Source: Psammoneis japonica (taxonomy: Eukaryota). Taken from it: a stretch of DNA of 64,000 bases. Of the stretch, positions 10,733 to 24,500 are shown piece by piece. The position numbers and the translations under genes were made by a program. The notes below the pieces were generated by a model. The model was given only the letters and a program-made list of their open reading frames with translations, ran no database searches and was not told the origin of the DNA. Where the stretch lies: positions 248,001 to 312,000 of the forward strand of contig QPGO01000092.1 in NCBI GenBank assembly GCA_008632985.1, given 5' to 3'. Each line of letters starts with the position of its first letter. Within the stretch, counting starts at the first letter, position 1.

Positions 10733-13700
10733 AGTGTCAATCACTGCAGCTTGTTTTCTTTAAAAAGCAAAAGCATTGAAGCTGCTGGGCCTTGCTCTTT
10801 GCATGTGCGGAGCACGTCCAGCTTTTTCTTGAGCATCATTTTCATTTAAAATTTCTTGCTTGCATTTCAGAATGAATTTCCAATCAGCAACATGTTGGGC
10901 ATTGAATGTCACATCTCCTTTGAAGGCTGATTGTCCTGGTGCATGCAGGGCATGATGTGTGGAACGTGCCAGCAAAGGCTGCCACTGATGGTGTGCCACA
11001 GAATGGATTGTCTGCATCCAGGGTGCATTTTGCAGTCAAATGTGCATGGCACATTGCCCAGCACTTGATGCATGTGTTCAACAACTGCACTTGCTTGTGG
11101 ATGTCATGCAGTTGTGGGCTCAACTTCAGCGCCACAATCATCTTGGACCACATCTTTGAGTTGGTGACCAATGAACTCACTTCCACAGTCACATGCATTT
11201 GATGACAGCCAAGAAGAAAGAAGAACATCTGCTCAACCACATCCTTTCCAACAGCCCAGCTGCAGTTGTGGATTCTTCATTTGGAGTTTCCACAACTTCA
11301 AACCATCCGGTTGCTGGACTGGTCATTGTTGAACATTTCAGGGCTGCTGGGAGTTTTTTCTTCTTTTCCTTGAAACACATTTTGCATGGTGCAACAAGAT
11401 CCACACACAGTCATTCCCATGTCTCTGATTCTGTGCACATGGGGCACAAATGCCCACATTTCTTCTGTTTCTTTTTGAATTTTTGGCATGTCTCATGCTT
11501 CAACACACATTTTTGCATATTTTCACACAAAGCAGACCTCCACAAGTGTTGTGAGATTGTCTCTGCTGCTCCATTTGTGCCAGGGTGAAGAAGGCAAGTG
11601 TGATGCCAACCTGTCACTGCCTTTTGTGACATCTTTGGTGCGTTGACTTCATCCTTGTGACATGTGAGCAACCGGTCTCGCTCACCTCCATGAAAAGTCT
11701 TTGTTTGGCATGTCTTGTTTGTCAATTTGGAGAAAATGTCTTTGTCCTGTTTTTGTTCAGCATCAAGAACTTTGCATGTCAATGGAAAGACATTGTTGCA
11801 GGATTTTGGTGGGACCTTTTTGGCCAGATCTTCTGCACTGAGATTTTCCATGGGTTCTGTTTTTCTCACAGTGAGTTGGCTGATCACATCTGTGGCATCT
11901 TTCACCTTGCCCTTGAGGCACATCATTTTGGGGCTGCACTCTTCTGTTGTCAGTTGCCAATGCATGACTCTGTCCTTGTTTGTCTGCTGGCCAAACAGCA
12001 CATTTTGGAACTCTTTTAACATTTCCATGATGGACAGCAGTTCTTTTTCCATTGTGGCACAATGTGTCTGTGCTTCACTCAGCTTGTGGCTGCAGAAAGC
12101 AACAGGTTGGTCATTCTGCATGACAACTGCCCCCAATCAAGAATTGCTCACATCAGCACATGTCTCAAAGGGCACATTAAAATTTGGGTGTGACAACAGT
12201 GTGTCTTTTGAAATGATGCGCTTCATGCTTTCAAAGGCATTTTGTTCCATTTTGGTCCATTGCCACTTTACCTGGGTTGAGGTGAGTTTGGCCAAAGGAG
12301 CCAAAATGTGAGATTGTTGAGGCCACACATGTCTGAACAGCAGTTGATCACACTGACAAACTGTTGCAATTCCTTGTGCAAGTTTCAGGAGTTGCAATCA
12401 CGTGAATTGCTTCTGCTTTTCTTTGGAGTTGCGCCAGCGCCATTGCGGGTGATGTGAAAGCCTGGACTTCCACTTTGGGTTTGGCAAAAAAGGACTTCTT
12501 GGCATTGACCTTCAACCCAGCTTGTTCAAGGTGCATGAACACCTTTTCAAGTTTGTCAAGATGGTCTTGAAAATCACCTTTGGCAAGGCACAGCATGTCA
12601 TCAACGCAAGCTCTGATGAACTCCAGACCTGCCATGAGTTCACTCATGTGCTCTTGGAAAACATCTGGAGCTCCACAGATTCCCCCGCAGGTGGTCTGCA
12701 GCACCCACATTTGCCCCAAGGCACAATTGCAGTGCACAAGCAACATGTGCATGGAGTCAATTTGATGTGACAGCATCCCATGTTTAAATCAAGGGAAGTT
12801 GCATGCATGTGTCCTTCAAGTTTCTGCAGCACATCTTGAATGTCAGGCAGAGCAAACAGAGCATGCATTGACCTCTCACTCAATTCACAAAAGTCAGACA
12901 GAAATCACACTTGGCCATTTTTCTTTGGTTGAACAAAGGTTGGAGCTGCTTCAACTTCGTTTCAAGCAGTTGCATCCAATGCTTGTGGTGGGGGGGAAAT
13001 GGTTTTGTGCAAGAACACAGACTTGCCCCAGATTTTGCCATGAGATCAACTGGTTTCCCAGTCCATTTGCCCAAAAAACCATCAAAAAGGTTTTCAAATC
13101 TTTTTGAGAGGAAGTTTGGTTGTTTTTGCTCCTCTGGAGTTAGATGAGTTGCTGCTGCCATCTGCAGTCACATCATTGAGGTCAGCAGGGTGACAATCTG
13201 AGCAATTGGCCCTGTTGTTAAGACCAGTCATGGCACGAGATTCCTCAATGTGATTGGCATCAAAGAGTGTGTCAACATTCTTCATGGGCACAGTTGCGTC
13301 CTCTGTCACGGTCAGATGGAGCTCACAGGACAGATGGAAAGACAGACAGACAGACAGAAGAAGCTCACTTGTGCTCACTCAGAGATTGATGTTGAAGATG
13401 CCTCTGACAAAGCTGGCTCATGGACCTGGAGCAGTCACAAGCCTCTTTGGCTCACAACTGGTTTCTTGAGATTGGTGCACCGCAAATGATGCTTCTGAAT
13501 CTGAAGTGCATTCTTGGGGAAAACATGCCTTGCAAGGAGCTGTTGACAGTTTTTGAAGGCTCCATCCTTGGATTTGTCTTCAACATCCATGGCACCATTC
13601 TCAAATGCATGTTGAGCATCTCCCTGCAACAACATGCACATGAGATGGAACTCATCCACTTCTTTCTTGATGTTCTGGCCCACCAAGAGTTGTTTGCAGC

Positions 13701-13950
13701 TCTTGAGGAATTCAATGTGCTTGCGAATGCCTTGCTTCTTGCAGCACTTGACATTGATGGTGAAGGTGCAGCTGTCCTTCTTTTCTGGGTGAAAGCACCT
13801 CTCCATCTTGAGGCACTGGCTTGGTTGGAGTGTCTTTGGCTGGGAAATTGACTCATGGCACTGGAGCAATTTTCTCGTGCTTGAAGGAAGACTTGTCATT
13901 GGCAACATGAGGTGACAGCTTCATTTTTGTCTTGTTGCCTTCTGTGGTGT
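10733..13950 (-). mobile_element. Degenerate Ty3/Gypsy LTR retrotransposon internal region (gag, RT, RNase H, integrase)
   Basis: RT: ATSLDLNMGCCHIKL (=GYYHI) and ACVDDML (=YVDD). RNase H: GAVVMQNDQPVAFCSHKLSEAQ..MEKELLSI. Integrase: LLHPG zinc finger and PATGWFEVVE. Domain order RT-RH-IN. LTRs not identified. Confidence 0.9.
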
Positions 13951-14520
13951 GCACACACAATGCACTGTGCTTGAGAAACAAGCACAAACAAAAGCAGAAC
14001 AAAGTGCAAAAAGTGAAAATCATGAGATTAGATCTCACTCAATCATTTTGGGTTTCTCTGAACAACTTCTCAATGGCCCAAAGCTTCTGCACTGCTTCCA
14101 CATGAACAAAGGCCTTTCAGAGAATGCAGTCATGACAACAGATTGTTTGAATGCAATTGCTGTTCACACATGAGATGTCAACATCCTCAAGTGATTGCAC
14201 ATGCAATTTTTGACATCTGGTCAACTCTGTGTGATTGATCTGTCCATCATGCAAACCCACGATTGACGTGCAATTGAAATGTGACAATGTTTAAACACAC
14301 ATGTGTGTGCATGTAAAATGTGCATGACAATGCATGTTGCACTCTCATGCTGACAAACAAGCTGACAGGCAGACACACCTTTTGGACCTGCTTGAGCCAA
14401 GTCATGAGTCAACAGAGCCAATGACCACATCCATTGGATGAAGCACTGCGCCAGGCACTCTCTGGCTGGTTGACCTCCTCACTCTCTCTGATGCTCTCCT
14501 CACAACTTCTCTGGGCCACT

Positions 14521-16560
14521 CTAGAGTGGACCGCAACATTCTTTCAGCTGGAGACAAGGACAAACCACAGCTGTGCAAAGCGCAGAAGGATTTGCAACAG
14601 TGCACTCATTGTTCCCCTGAAGCACAGTCCAGACCACCACCCTTGCAGCATTGTCATTGTTTGGGTCTGTTGCCATCACTGCAATGTCCAGCATGGCATC
14701 TGCTTTGCCAGCAATCTGGCAAGTTTCAATGACAATTCTAGGAGGGAACAGCTGGGAGACAAATCCCAGGTTGCACACATCACCCAATCCATTGGAGTCA
14801 GCATCACACTGATCATGGTTGCAGGTGGTGGGGCAGTCATCCATGGCATCTGCAACATCATCACTGTCAATTGTGACATCTGCAGGAGCTGTGGCCAAAG
14901 CAGCCAAAAAGCCTGTGTCATTGGTCACACAAAGAGCAACCAACCCAACATGGCCTGATGAGTGCACATGCTGGCAGAAGGGTTCAGTTGTGATCACATC
15001 ATGGATGCCATTGTTGTCAATGTCCCACTCATGCTGCACCAAGTTTCCCATCCTTGAACAACTTCCTCTGCGCTGTTGAAATGAATTTGCAAGCCTGTGA
15101 AGCCTGTGCAGCTTGTTCCCACCCAAGCAAAGGGAGCAGCAAGGGTGAAAATGAGGGGTCCTGTTGATCCTGTGATGATGGCACTCACAACAACTGGGTC
15201 GACAGCAAGAGATGCATCAACAGCATGTTGTGTTGTGAAGACAGCAATGAACTCAAGGTCCAGCAGTGGGGTGTCATCAAATTGGATTGCCAGCTTTTTC
15301 ACTCTGGTGCACCAACCTTGACCAAACACCAAAAGCATTCCAGAACACATGGCCTCTGGAAAGTCACCCCCTCCACTTGCAGAAAGGCCGCTGAAGGCTG
15401 ACTGCACAGCACCAGCACCATCAGCAAAGCCTTGCACAAGCCTTGCGGCAGTCCCAGAAGAACCAAAGTTGCCAAAGTCTTGATGTTCAACAAGGCCCAC
15501 TCAAAGACTGGCTGGCAGCGCTGTTGACAAAATGGGTGAGAACTGCAGTTGCCAGTCCCCTTGCTGCAGCAATGTCATCACCCATGGATCCAGTGGTGGT
15601 TTTGATGACAAACATGAGGCCAACACTTTCTTCTCCACTTCCTTCCTCCATTGTCTTTCTGATGCCACAGTCCATCAATGTGGCACACAAATGAGCATCA
15701 AGCACTTGGTGCCCAGCAGCAGTGCCGTGGAAGTTTTCAACCAAGTGGCTGAACATGTCAATGGGCTGCAATGCACAAATCAAGCCCTTTGGGTTTCTGG
15801 GGCCAAAATGAGGATCAGGCTTGGCACCAGCAAGGACTCTTTTGGAAGACTCAAAGACTGCAAATGCTTCAGCTCCACTGCTTTGGAACTTCACAATTTG
15901 CCACAGTGACTGCACATTGTTGCATTGCTTCCACTGGATCACCTGCTGCACAAATTTCTTGTGCCACAGGGCACCCAGAGAAGAGACTGTTGCCTCCAAA
16001 ATTCCAAAAGGCACGTCAAAGTCCCACAATGCAAAGTCAGTGTCAATGGACAGGCAAGGATGGCCTGCAAATGCAACCTTTGTGTCTGGACAAGCTTTTG
16101 TGTGGATGTCAAGTGGCATTTTTTTTCATCAAGGTTCAAAATTGACAACGCCATTGACACCAGCCTTGAGCAAGGTTTCGCAATCCTCAGGATCTTTGAG
16201 ATGGTGACATTGCATGAGGACATTGCAAAAGTTGAAACATTGCCTGTGATGGACACAAAGACAATGTCTGTGTTCTTTGTGACTGCACCCAACTGATTTT
16301 GCAAACACACATTGTCAAGCACAGCTCCAGAGCAAGCTTCATTGATGAGCTGCACTCAAAACATCTCAAAAGGCCAGATGCAGCTTGGAGACAGTCACGA
16401 TGCAGTCCAACCCAGCTCAAATCAGAGTGGCAACATGCAGCATCCTTGCAGTTGCAATTTCTGAAAGAGTCACAAGCACCATTTCCCACAATGTGAGAGC
16501 CTCCAATCACCACAATGCTGATGGAATTTGGCAACCATCTGAAGACATCTTTTTTGCTGG
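14521..16560 (-). pseudogene. Frameshifted multidomain pseudogene: SGNH/GDSL hydrolase + vWA + PKD-like + thrombospondin type-3 repeat
   Basis: VVIGGSHIVGNGA (GDSY block), NEACSGA, TDIVFVSITGN; LMFVI.TTGSMGDDIAAAR and SGGGDFPEAMCSG (vWA); HEWDIDNNGIHD (=YEWD.D..G.YD); DSDDVADAMDDCP..NHDQCDADSNGLGDVC. Confidence 0.7.
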
Positions 16561-17299
16561 ATGGCAGGATTTGAGTCAACTTGCAGCAGAGCCCCATCCG
16601 TCAATCTCTGAAGGATCTAGCCAAGAACCACTGAGAAGTGGACACACACTGCAAACACTTAGAGGTCTCACAGAGCCAAGCTTCTGGCAAAAGCTTGGCC
16701 CCGTGCAAATGAACTCACCATTGGCGCTTGTAGAGGTGAAACCAGAGAATGGTCGCCCTTGGCATTGCATGATGCAGGCACCCCTCCCCAGCACAAATTG
16801 ACCACTGGAAGCCGCAGAGATGCCTGACACCAGTTCCCTGAACATGGGCCTTGGGCGCAGCAAATGGTGAAGCTCAGTGATCCATCCTTCGTCCCTTGCT
16901 TGTTGACTCCCGTGGCCAAACGAGCAAGGCAGAGCACAAAATTGTCCCCGGAAAGTTTGACTGGTCATGACCAGAAAAGACTGTGACCAGTCATCTTGGC
17001 TTGGAGGCTCCCTCCTCCAAATGAGGTCCAATTTGAAGAGCCAAGTGGTTTGGGGTCCACTGCACATGCAGCGTCTCCATCTAAACTTGGGTGCAAAGAG
17101 AGGCATTTCTGGAAGATGCCAGTCCATTGGCAGAAGAGGAAAATTAGAAAGATCTCACCAGGGGGATTGATGCATGCTGGCATCAGTGTCTTTTGTCTGC
17201 TGCCTTCTCAGGCTTGTAATTTCTGACTTTTGGAAACTCCCCGAATGACTCAACTTCTCCATTTTGTGTGATGGAGTGTTGGACTTCAGCTCACTTTGA

Positions 17300-19830
17300 C
17301 TGGACAAATTGATGGAGCTGTTTTTGGACTGCAGACTGCACAGGTGACAACACAGACAATGACAGGGAAAGCCAAATCAAAATGGCTTGCATCAACAACA
17401 TGGCAACACATGCCAACAGATTCTTGGGTGCACCATCTCAGTCAATGTTGCTGAAGATAATTTGAGAAGGTTTTGGTGAGGAAGTCTGCAGTTCAGTTTG
17501 AGTGGTGCATGCGCTTGGTGAGAGGTCGCTGTTTGTGATTTGCTGTCCTCCTCCAATCACAAACAAAAGCAATGATGGGGGCACTGTCTGCATCAAAATT
17601 TTCACAAGGCAACACAGGTGGCCTCCAAACAACAAACAAAGTTGCCCAGGGGATGTCTCTTTTGTTGAAAATGAAAAATGTGAGAGCAAATGCCAAACCA
17701 GAATCTCACACAGTGCCGCAGTGCAGCTGTCTGTTGTGCGGGTTTCTCTCTCTTGAAAAGTTGACAAGGAAACCAAAGTTTTGCTTTGAAAGCTTCTTGT
17801 GTGGCATCCACTGCAGTTTTTGGGAATGGACAATGCATTGGCACAATCTCCAACCAATTGTTTGACAAAATCTGGTCATTTGCATCTCAGTGCAAATGCT
17901 TCCCTCATCTGACACATGCAGACAGCTTTGTTTGTTGAAATCATTTTGAACATTCAAGTGTGAGCACTTGAATGCAATCATTTGAATTTTTCCCAATCTT
18001 GTCTGATCACCAGGGTTTCCAGCCAGTGCCAAGTGCGCTCTGCAGGGGGGCCACTGGAGTGGGAGGGCACATGGTTTTTGCATGTGGAGCATGATGGGCA
18101 GCTCAAAACATGACACACAATGGCATCTTTTGAGGTGTGCCACACAGAGGCAGTGGCTGTGAGGCATGCTTGAGAGAGCAGCTGCACCACCAGCTGCCAA
18201 CAACGTGGCCCCAACCAAGCTCCTCCCAGGTTTTGTGCCATGGATGTCCAAGACAACTCACTTGGCATGTGTGATGCCCTGGGCTCTGCAGGCCCCACAA
18301 GCAGCCATGTGACATGGTGTGTGGTGGGGCAATTCAGCAGCATCTCTGGTGGCACCTGCATTTGAGAGCTTTTTGCAGTGTGTGCAAGACGAGACATGCA
18401 CAAGGGTGACAACTCCAAAATTCACACTCTTGAGCCTTCTTGCCAAAGCACGTGCAGCACCAAAAGCAAGCTTTCTCCATCACTTTGAGCAGCTGCAGAG
18501 AGTGTGGCAAGCACATGTTTGTTCATGTCTTGCATGGAAACAACTCAAGCCTGGACCCTGACAAAAAAGTTGGCATGTCCTTTTCAACAGCTCTGTGCTC
18601 CTGAGCATCAGCAGCAAGCTCACTCACATCAAGCTCACCAGCGAAGGTGGCACACGGGACAAAGCTCTGCTGTTTCTGATTGCAAGTGATGGCAGCGCTG
18701 GGGATGACATGCCCAGCAGCAATGCCCCCCCCCCCCCCTTGCGGCCAAAGGCTCCAGTTTTTTAGCCAGAACATCACACCTGCTGTCAGAGTCACACTTC
18801 CTTGCTCACAAGATGAAGAGCTCTTGTGGTGAACACCCTGCAGCAACCAGCTGCTGTTGTTGTCATGCATCTCCTGTTGTCTGTCTGCAGAGACAGCAAC
18901 AGATGATGTGCAAGCATGTGCCAAAAGCACAGCTCCTGGCAAGCCTGCAGACAGCTCTGTGGGAAGAGAGCTCACCACAGACAAGTCTTGACATGAATGG
19001 CCATTGTTGTGCAAGAAATGCCACTTGCTCAGCATGAAGGATCTGCACATGCAAAATGCCGGCCCAAGTGTGGCTGACTCCACATGAGAGGGCTCAAGCT
19101 CCCTGAATGATGTCTTGCTGCTCTTGCAGGCATGTGAGCTCCGTGCAAAGCATCTTTGAAGCTCCTCTTGCCTGTGACACCTGGCTTGTCAACCAAGCAC
19201 CTGGACCTCTGCCCCTGCACAGGTTGCAGCAACGCCGCTCTTCCAGCAAGTGCAAGAACAATGCAAGACAGCTGGCCAGCCATGCTTGTTGGCCACTCTG
19301 TCTTTTGAAGAAGTGGGGTTGACAGAGTGTTGTGCTGCCTGTCGAACCCCCTGCCTTCTTTCGATGTCCGGCGTTGACAGTTGTGTGACATGTCCATTGG
19401 GTCTGCTTCGATTGCAGTGAATCCGCTTGAGGGGGGTCACCCCCGTGTTTGTCCTGGAATTGCAGTTGCATTTGAACAAGATTTTTCACAGTGCTTGTTT
19501 TTGAATGCAAGAATTGTTCACAGTCACACCCGATCGTGCACGAAAACGAGAACCATCAACACCGCGATCGAAGCACGACGATGATGACAATCATTGACAT
19601 TTCTCAAAAACGCAGCATGCCGTCTATCAACTTTTCATGCACACACAATCTTTGATGCATGACAAACATAAAACAAATGAGAGTTGGTGGATGGACCAAC
19701 TCTGTCACAGACTCATGGCTTGTTGTTTTCACCACGGTGAAGCACGGTGAAATTCAGGAAAAATCATGCAAAACACGAGCTGTTCGACCAAATTCGAGCT
19801 AAAAAAAGTAGCGACTGACCCGCCTTAAAT
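17300..19830. repeat. Decayed TE-like sequence, unclassified
   Basis: TpA-depleted with fragmented Cys/His-rich ORFs. Ends near ...gacccgcc-TTAA (~19828), a possible transposon terminus. Confidence 0.35.
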
Positions 19831-21368
19831 GCTGGCAAGTTAAAATTTGTCAATCGGTGTTCCGTTGAGTCATGCATGTTGCATGTCGGTTACGGATTTG
19901 GAATCCATGCAGTCTCGGTCAGTCATTTGGTTTGTGCGGCAATGCTGCAGAAGTGTGCGTGAAAACAGTCACAAACATTTTCCGTTGTGCACATCCCACG
20001 CAGGAATCTCAGCATGTCCAGCGCGCTGGAGGTGATTCCGCAGCAAATTCCTGATTCCGGACGCGCGTGAGGGCGCTTTCTTGTTAGAATTCACTTGTGT
20101 TCCATTCTCTCTCATTGTGTTCGCGGTTTGGCAAGACTGCAAAGAATCGAAACAACAGAGTTGCTCTCACAAAAACGAAGTTTGCCAACAAAGTGGCACG
20201 GCATTTTTCGAATGACAATGGCATTCCAGGAGAAGACGCAACCTGGAAGGCAGAAGGACGACGTCATTGTGGCAGAGAACGAAAATCAGATTCTGTCAAT
20301 GGCGAAACGCCATGCACCGCCCGATTCATTGGAGAGTGAAGAAGCACACTCGTGCTTGACCACCCTTTTGGAAGCATGGACAACTGAACAAAATAATCTG
20401 GTTGATTGCCAGAGTCCAGCAGAAACAATTGATCCTTTTTTCAATGGGGACGAGGAGTCTGCACAAGAACTGGCAAATGATTTGTCGAATTTTGTTGCTG
20501 GACGAGCAAAAGAAGAAAAGAAGCCAAACGAATCGACGCCATCAAACAACAAGAGCAAACAATTTCACAGGCCGCCGATGCCATCTGAAGAGACGACAGT
20601 CTCTGCCGTCATCACTTCAGCCTCCGAAAGTGACGAAAATGAGGACGAGCGAAGTGAGAAAGCGAAAGCACGCCAGAAGAAGCTCGAAGAGAGACGAGCC
20701 AAGCGTGAAGCACGGAAGCTCAAAAAGCTCAACACCCAAAGCAGCCCTGACGTCAATTTGGCATCTGTGGAAGAACTGGATGACAGTGCAAGTGCATGGG
20801 AAGAACGCAGACAAGACGGAAAAGCTTGGGGTGGGCGCGGGCATGGTGGCAGGGGAATCAGAGGTGACGTCAACATGGCATCGAACATTCACTTGCACAA
20901 TGTTTCTCTCCAGTGTGCCGGAAATGATTTGCTGGAGAATTCAACCATTCAAATCAATGGTGGACATCGATGTGGATTGGTTGGAAGGAATGGATGCGGC
21001 AAGAGCACCCTCCTGCGGAGACTTGCACAGAAGGCTGTTCCAGGCTTCCCTCAAGACGCAGGCGTCCTTCTCGCAGAGCAGCACGTGGCGGGAGGAATGG
21101 AGACTGCCCTCGAGGCTCTTTTAAATGCCGACAAGGAACGAGCTGATCTGCTTCTCAAACAAGAAGATCTTGAGCAGCAACCAGAAAAGATGGCCACGGA
21201 AGACCACGGCAACCTTGAGTCAGTCGCACAGCATTTGGGTGAAATTGCCAGCGAGCTGGACGTGATTGACGTGGACGGAGCCGAAGACCGCGCAAGAGAC
21301 ATTCTTCGTGGGTTGCAGTTCACCACAGAAATGATGAACAGACAGATGCGCAACTCATCGGGAGGATG

Positions 21369-21562
21369 TGTCAGCCTGTCCACACCTGTCGCATGATGGA
21401 CAGACTGGATGCGGATGATGGCCAGACCATTTAGATGGACGAGCAGATCTCTCTGAGATCTGCTTCTCACTTTCTCATCTGCTGGCACTCGTGTCATCAC
21501 AGTCCTGGCACTTTGGGGAGTCTTTCACACCTCTGTCACCATCGACCTTCGGCATTCTGTCA
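21369..21562 (+). repeat. 5' LTR (194 bp)
   Basis: tgtcagcctgtc...ggcattctgtca, matches 28358-28553. Confidence 0.95.
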
Positions 21563-21576
21563 GGTCATGGCCACAC
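21563..21576 (+). promoter_or_regulatory. Putative primer-binding site (ggtcatggcc..., resembles the Copia GGTTATG-type PBS with TA>CA)
   Basis: Lies immediately 3' of the 5' LTR. Confidence 0.55.
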
Positions 21577-24500
21577 GCTGTGCCACAGACCTCTGCGCCA
21601 AGCTTTCTGTCTTGATTCATTTGTTTTGTGAGCCGATCGAGCGAGCCTCATCGTCTGATCCGAACAACTTTTTGTCTCACTTTCCCGGCATTTTTCACGA
21701 CCATAGAAACACACCAGATTTCTGCGCGTGCATGACCAAAAATGGCTCCACCCACTAAAACCATGGCGTCTCCCGACCTTGCAAAAGCTGCTCCTGCGTC
21801 AATTGCAGAGATCTGCTGCGAATTTGAGGCACACACAATGACACCACATCTACATCAGTGCCTGAACACGGTTTGTGCAGACTCCACAACTGATCTCGAT
21901 CGATTTTTTGACGATCCAGAGCACACGCAACCCAAGAACGATTTTGCGGACATGCTTCGCGATCATTTCATCCATGGGGCATTTCCACCTTACACAGCTG
22001 ATCCCACGGATGTAGAGTCAATCAAGACAATTGTGGATCAAGCACCGTTCAGACTTCTTGACCCTCAAAGGCCTCGTCCAGTCCGCCTGACGACTCCGAT
22101 CTCATCAAAGATGATCAAGACGAATCTTCAGAATGGTGAACAATCTCTGTTCATCATCACATCTACCCAACACATGCATGTTGATCCGGACATGATGTGG
22201 AACTGTCGCAATTGGAATGAGTTCTCTCTTGCGCCCCACCAGAAGAAACAGCAGCCTCCGTCTTCTTCTCAGAAACCCACAGGCCCTGCTACATTGACTG
22301 TGACTGACTTGGTCACTGCGCTCAATGCATGCGCGTCGAGCCATGCTCTGCCTTCTACAGCTTCTGCTGAGACATCTGGAAGTGCTGCATCTTCCGCAAC
22401 ATCGAAGTGCCTCTTCAATCCGAGCACACTTCCTGCAGACGTTCGTGCACGCTACGACCGCAAAGAAGACGGAAAAGCCACTCTTCAGAGCTCTCTCGTC
22501 CCTTGCGACCATGGATTCCGTCACTGTGTTGATGCATCCGATCGCATCATCCTTGACGATGGTGCCCTTTTCATCATGAGCTCGACTCCTGATCAGAAAA
22601 TGCTGTTCAGAGAACCTCCTGTATGTCATGACGACTCTCCCCCTGGGACACGAGCATGGCACCAAAATCTCAAACGTCATGCCTTTGATTCAGGTTGCTG
22701 CGTGCATCCCCTGTGGTGTTTTGCCAAGGATCACGGTGGTGAGAAGGGTTTTGAGATCGGCAACGGCAAGGATGATGACTCACCTCAACGCATGTACGTC
22801 CACTGCAAGGAAGCTCAGAGTTCTCTCCACAAAATCCTCTCCAAGTCGGATGTGTTCCCCAAGAACAGCAAGCATCATCGGATTGTTGCATCGTGCTGCG
22901 GCAACGGATGCAAGGCTCTAAAGCAGATTGTCTGCGAGAATCACCCTGCCTTTGATCATGATGCTGCTGGACTTGTTGATTCCCATCCCATCCAAGGCAA
23001 TTGATCATTGACGGACCACCACATGATCTTCAATGATTTCCCACAGCTGCGTGCCTGCATTTTTGATGCGGACTCTACGTTGAACGATCCACGGGAGATG
23101 ACTGTCTTTGTCAAGAACACCAAGTGCTCCAAGTTCTCATCACGTGCCACCAGAGATGAACGGAAGTCTCCAGCTGTGCAGAAGAAGCACACGGATGCAC
23201 AGATTGTCGAGACTCTCTCTGATTTCCTCCGCCAACCGGACAGCCCATCCCTCACCACTCGCACGACGCAATCCAACCCATGCCGAACATGGAATCGAGC
23301 AGATGCTTCTGCGCAACGCACACCCACCAATGTCAACTCTCTCCAGATCCCTGAGATGCCCCTCCATGAACCAGTTGATGACTCTGCCACTGAAGATCCT
23401 GGCACAGAATCTCCACCTCCGGATGCATTTGATGCTCTTTGCGACGAATTGCACGAACTCAAGATCCCATCTGCGGACGAAGATCGAATCCTTCACCATG
23501 TGTGTTCGGCTTCAGTCTACAAACTGAAAGTTGCTCCGCATGGAGCCTCCAAGAAACCATGTCTTGTCTGCTCTGGAGAGCATTTATTTGATGACTGTCC
23601 AGTCCTGAAGAACAACCCGCACATCAAGGGATTCCACATCCGTTTTTGTCAATTCTTAAAACGGGAAGCAGCCACGCGTGCTTCTCATCATGACAATCCT
23701 GAAAATCCGCCTCCGTCTAGCACTCAGCCCTCGGATTTTCAATCGGGCCATCGCAGCCAGTTTCGGATCTCCGACGCTGCCCGTCATCTCCTCACCGAGA
23801 CAAGACCAATGTCAGCGGGATGACCTTGAAAGAGGGGCTAACCGTCTCGTCATCTGCCGCTGCAATGCCTCTTTCCTCACAGATTGACATGGATGCCACC
23901 CCTTCCACCTCCACGAAGATGTCATTTGACACTGGCACGTCACCCGATGATGACCCTGCTCCTCAAGAAGCCTCCATCGATGCTGCTCATGTTCCGGATC
24001 CTTTGGAACAGGGGAGGGAAGACCCAGAAACACCGGTTTTTGAGGAATGTGTTGATCTCACCCACGATGATGTGGCTGTTGAAGACGGTTTTGCTGCCAT
24101 CAATTCTGTTTGTGTTGCTCCGATCGATCCACACCAGGCGAATCACTCACCTGAGCCGGAACTGCTGCGATCCACTTGTTCTGTCAATGGGGCAAACTTT
24201 GCTCCGAATGAACATTGTGCTCAGTTGGATGCAGGTGCCGACATTGCGTGCACAGGTGACTGTGACCTCCTCCATTGCCACCAAGACTTCACTCCATCCC
24301 ATCCCTGTCCCCTTGCTGTCAACCCGGCCCTTGGCCACCAAGCTGTCCCAGTTGGATTCGGCTGTCTTCGCATCCCTGCAGAGAACTCTGATGGCTGTGT
24401 TGAGGTCCGTGCATGCTGCCACCCACAGATCCAATCTACGTTGGTCAATGAGCGACTCCTCCTTCGTCAAAATGGTTCTCGTCACGCAGATTGCAATGTT

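Noticed and set aside
6830..19830. Many short Cys/His-rich ORFs as zinc-finger or metal-binding genes
   Set aside because: They occur in all six frames and are explained by Tyr>Cys/His conversion and loss of stop codons
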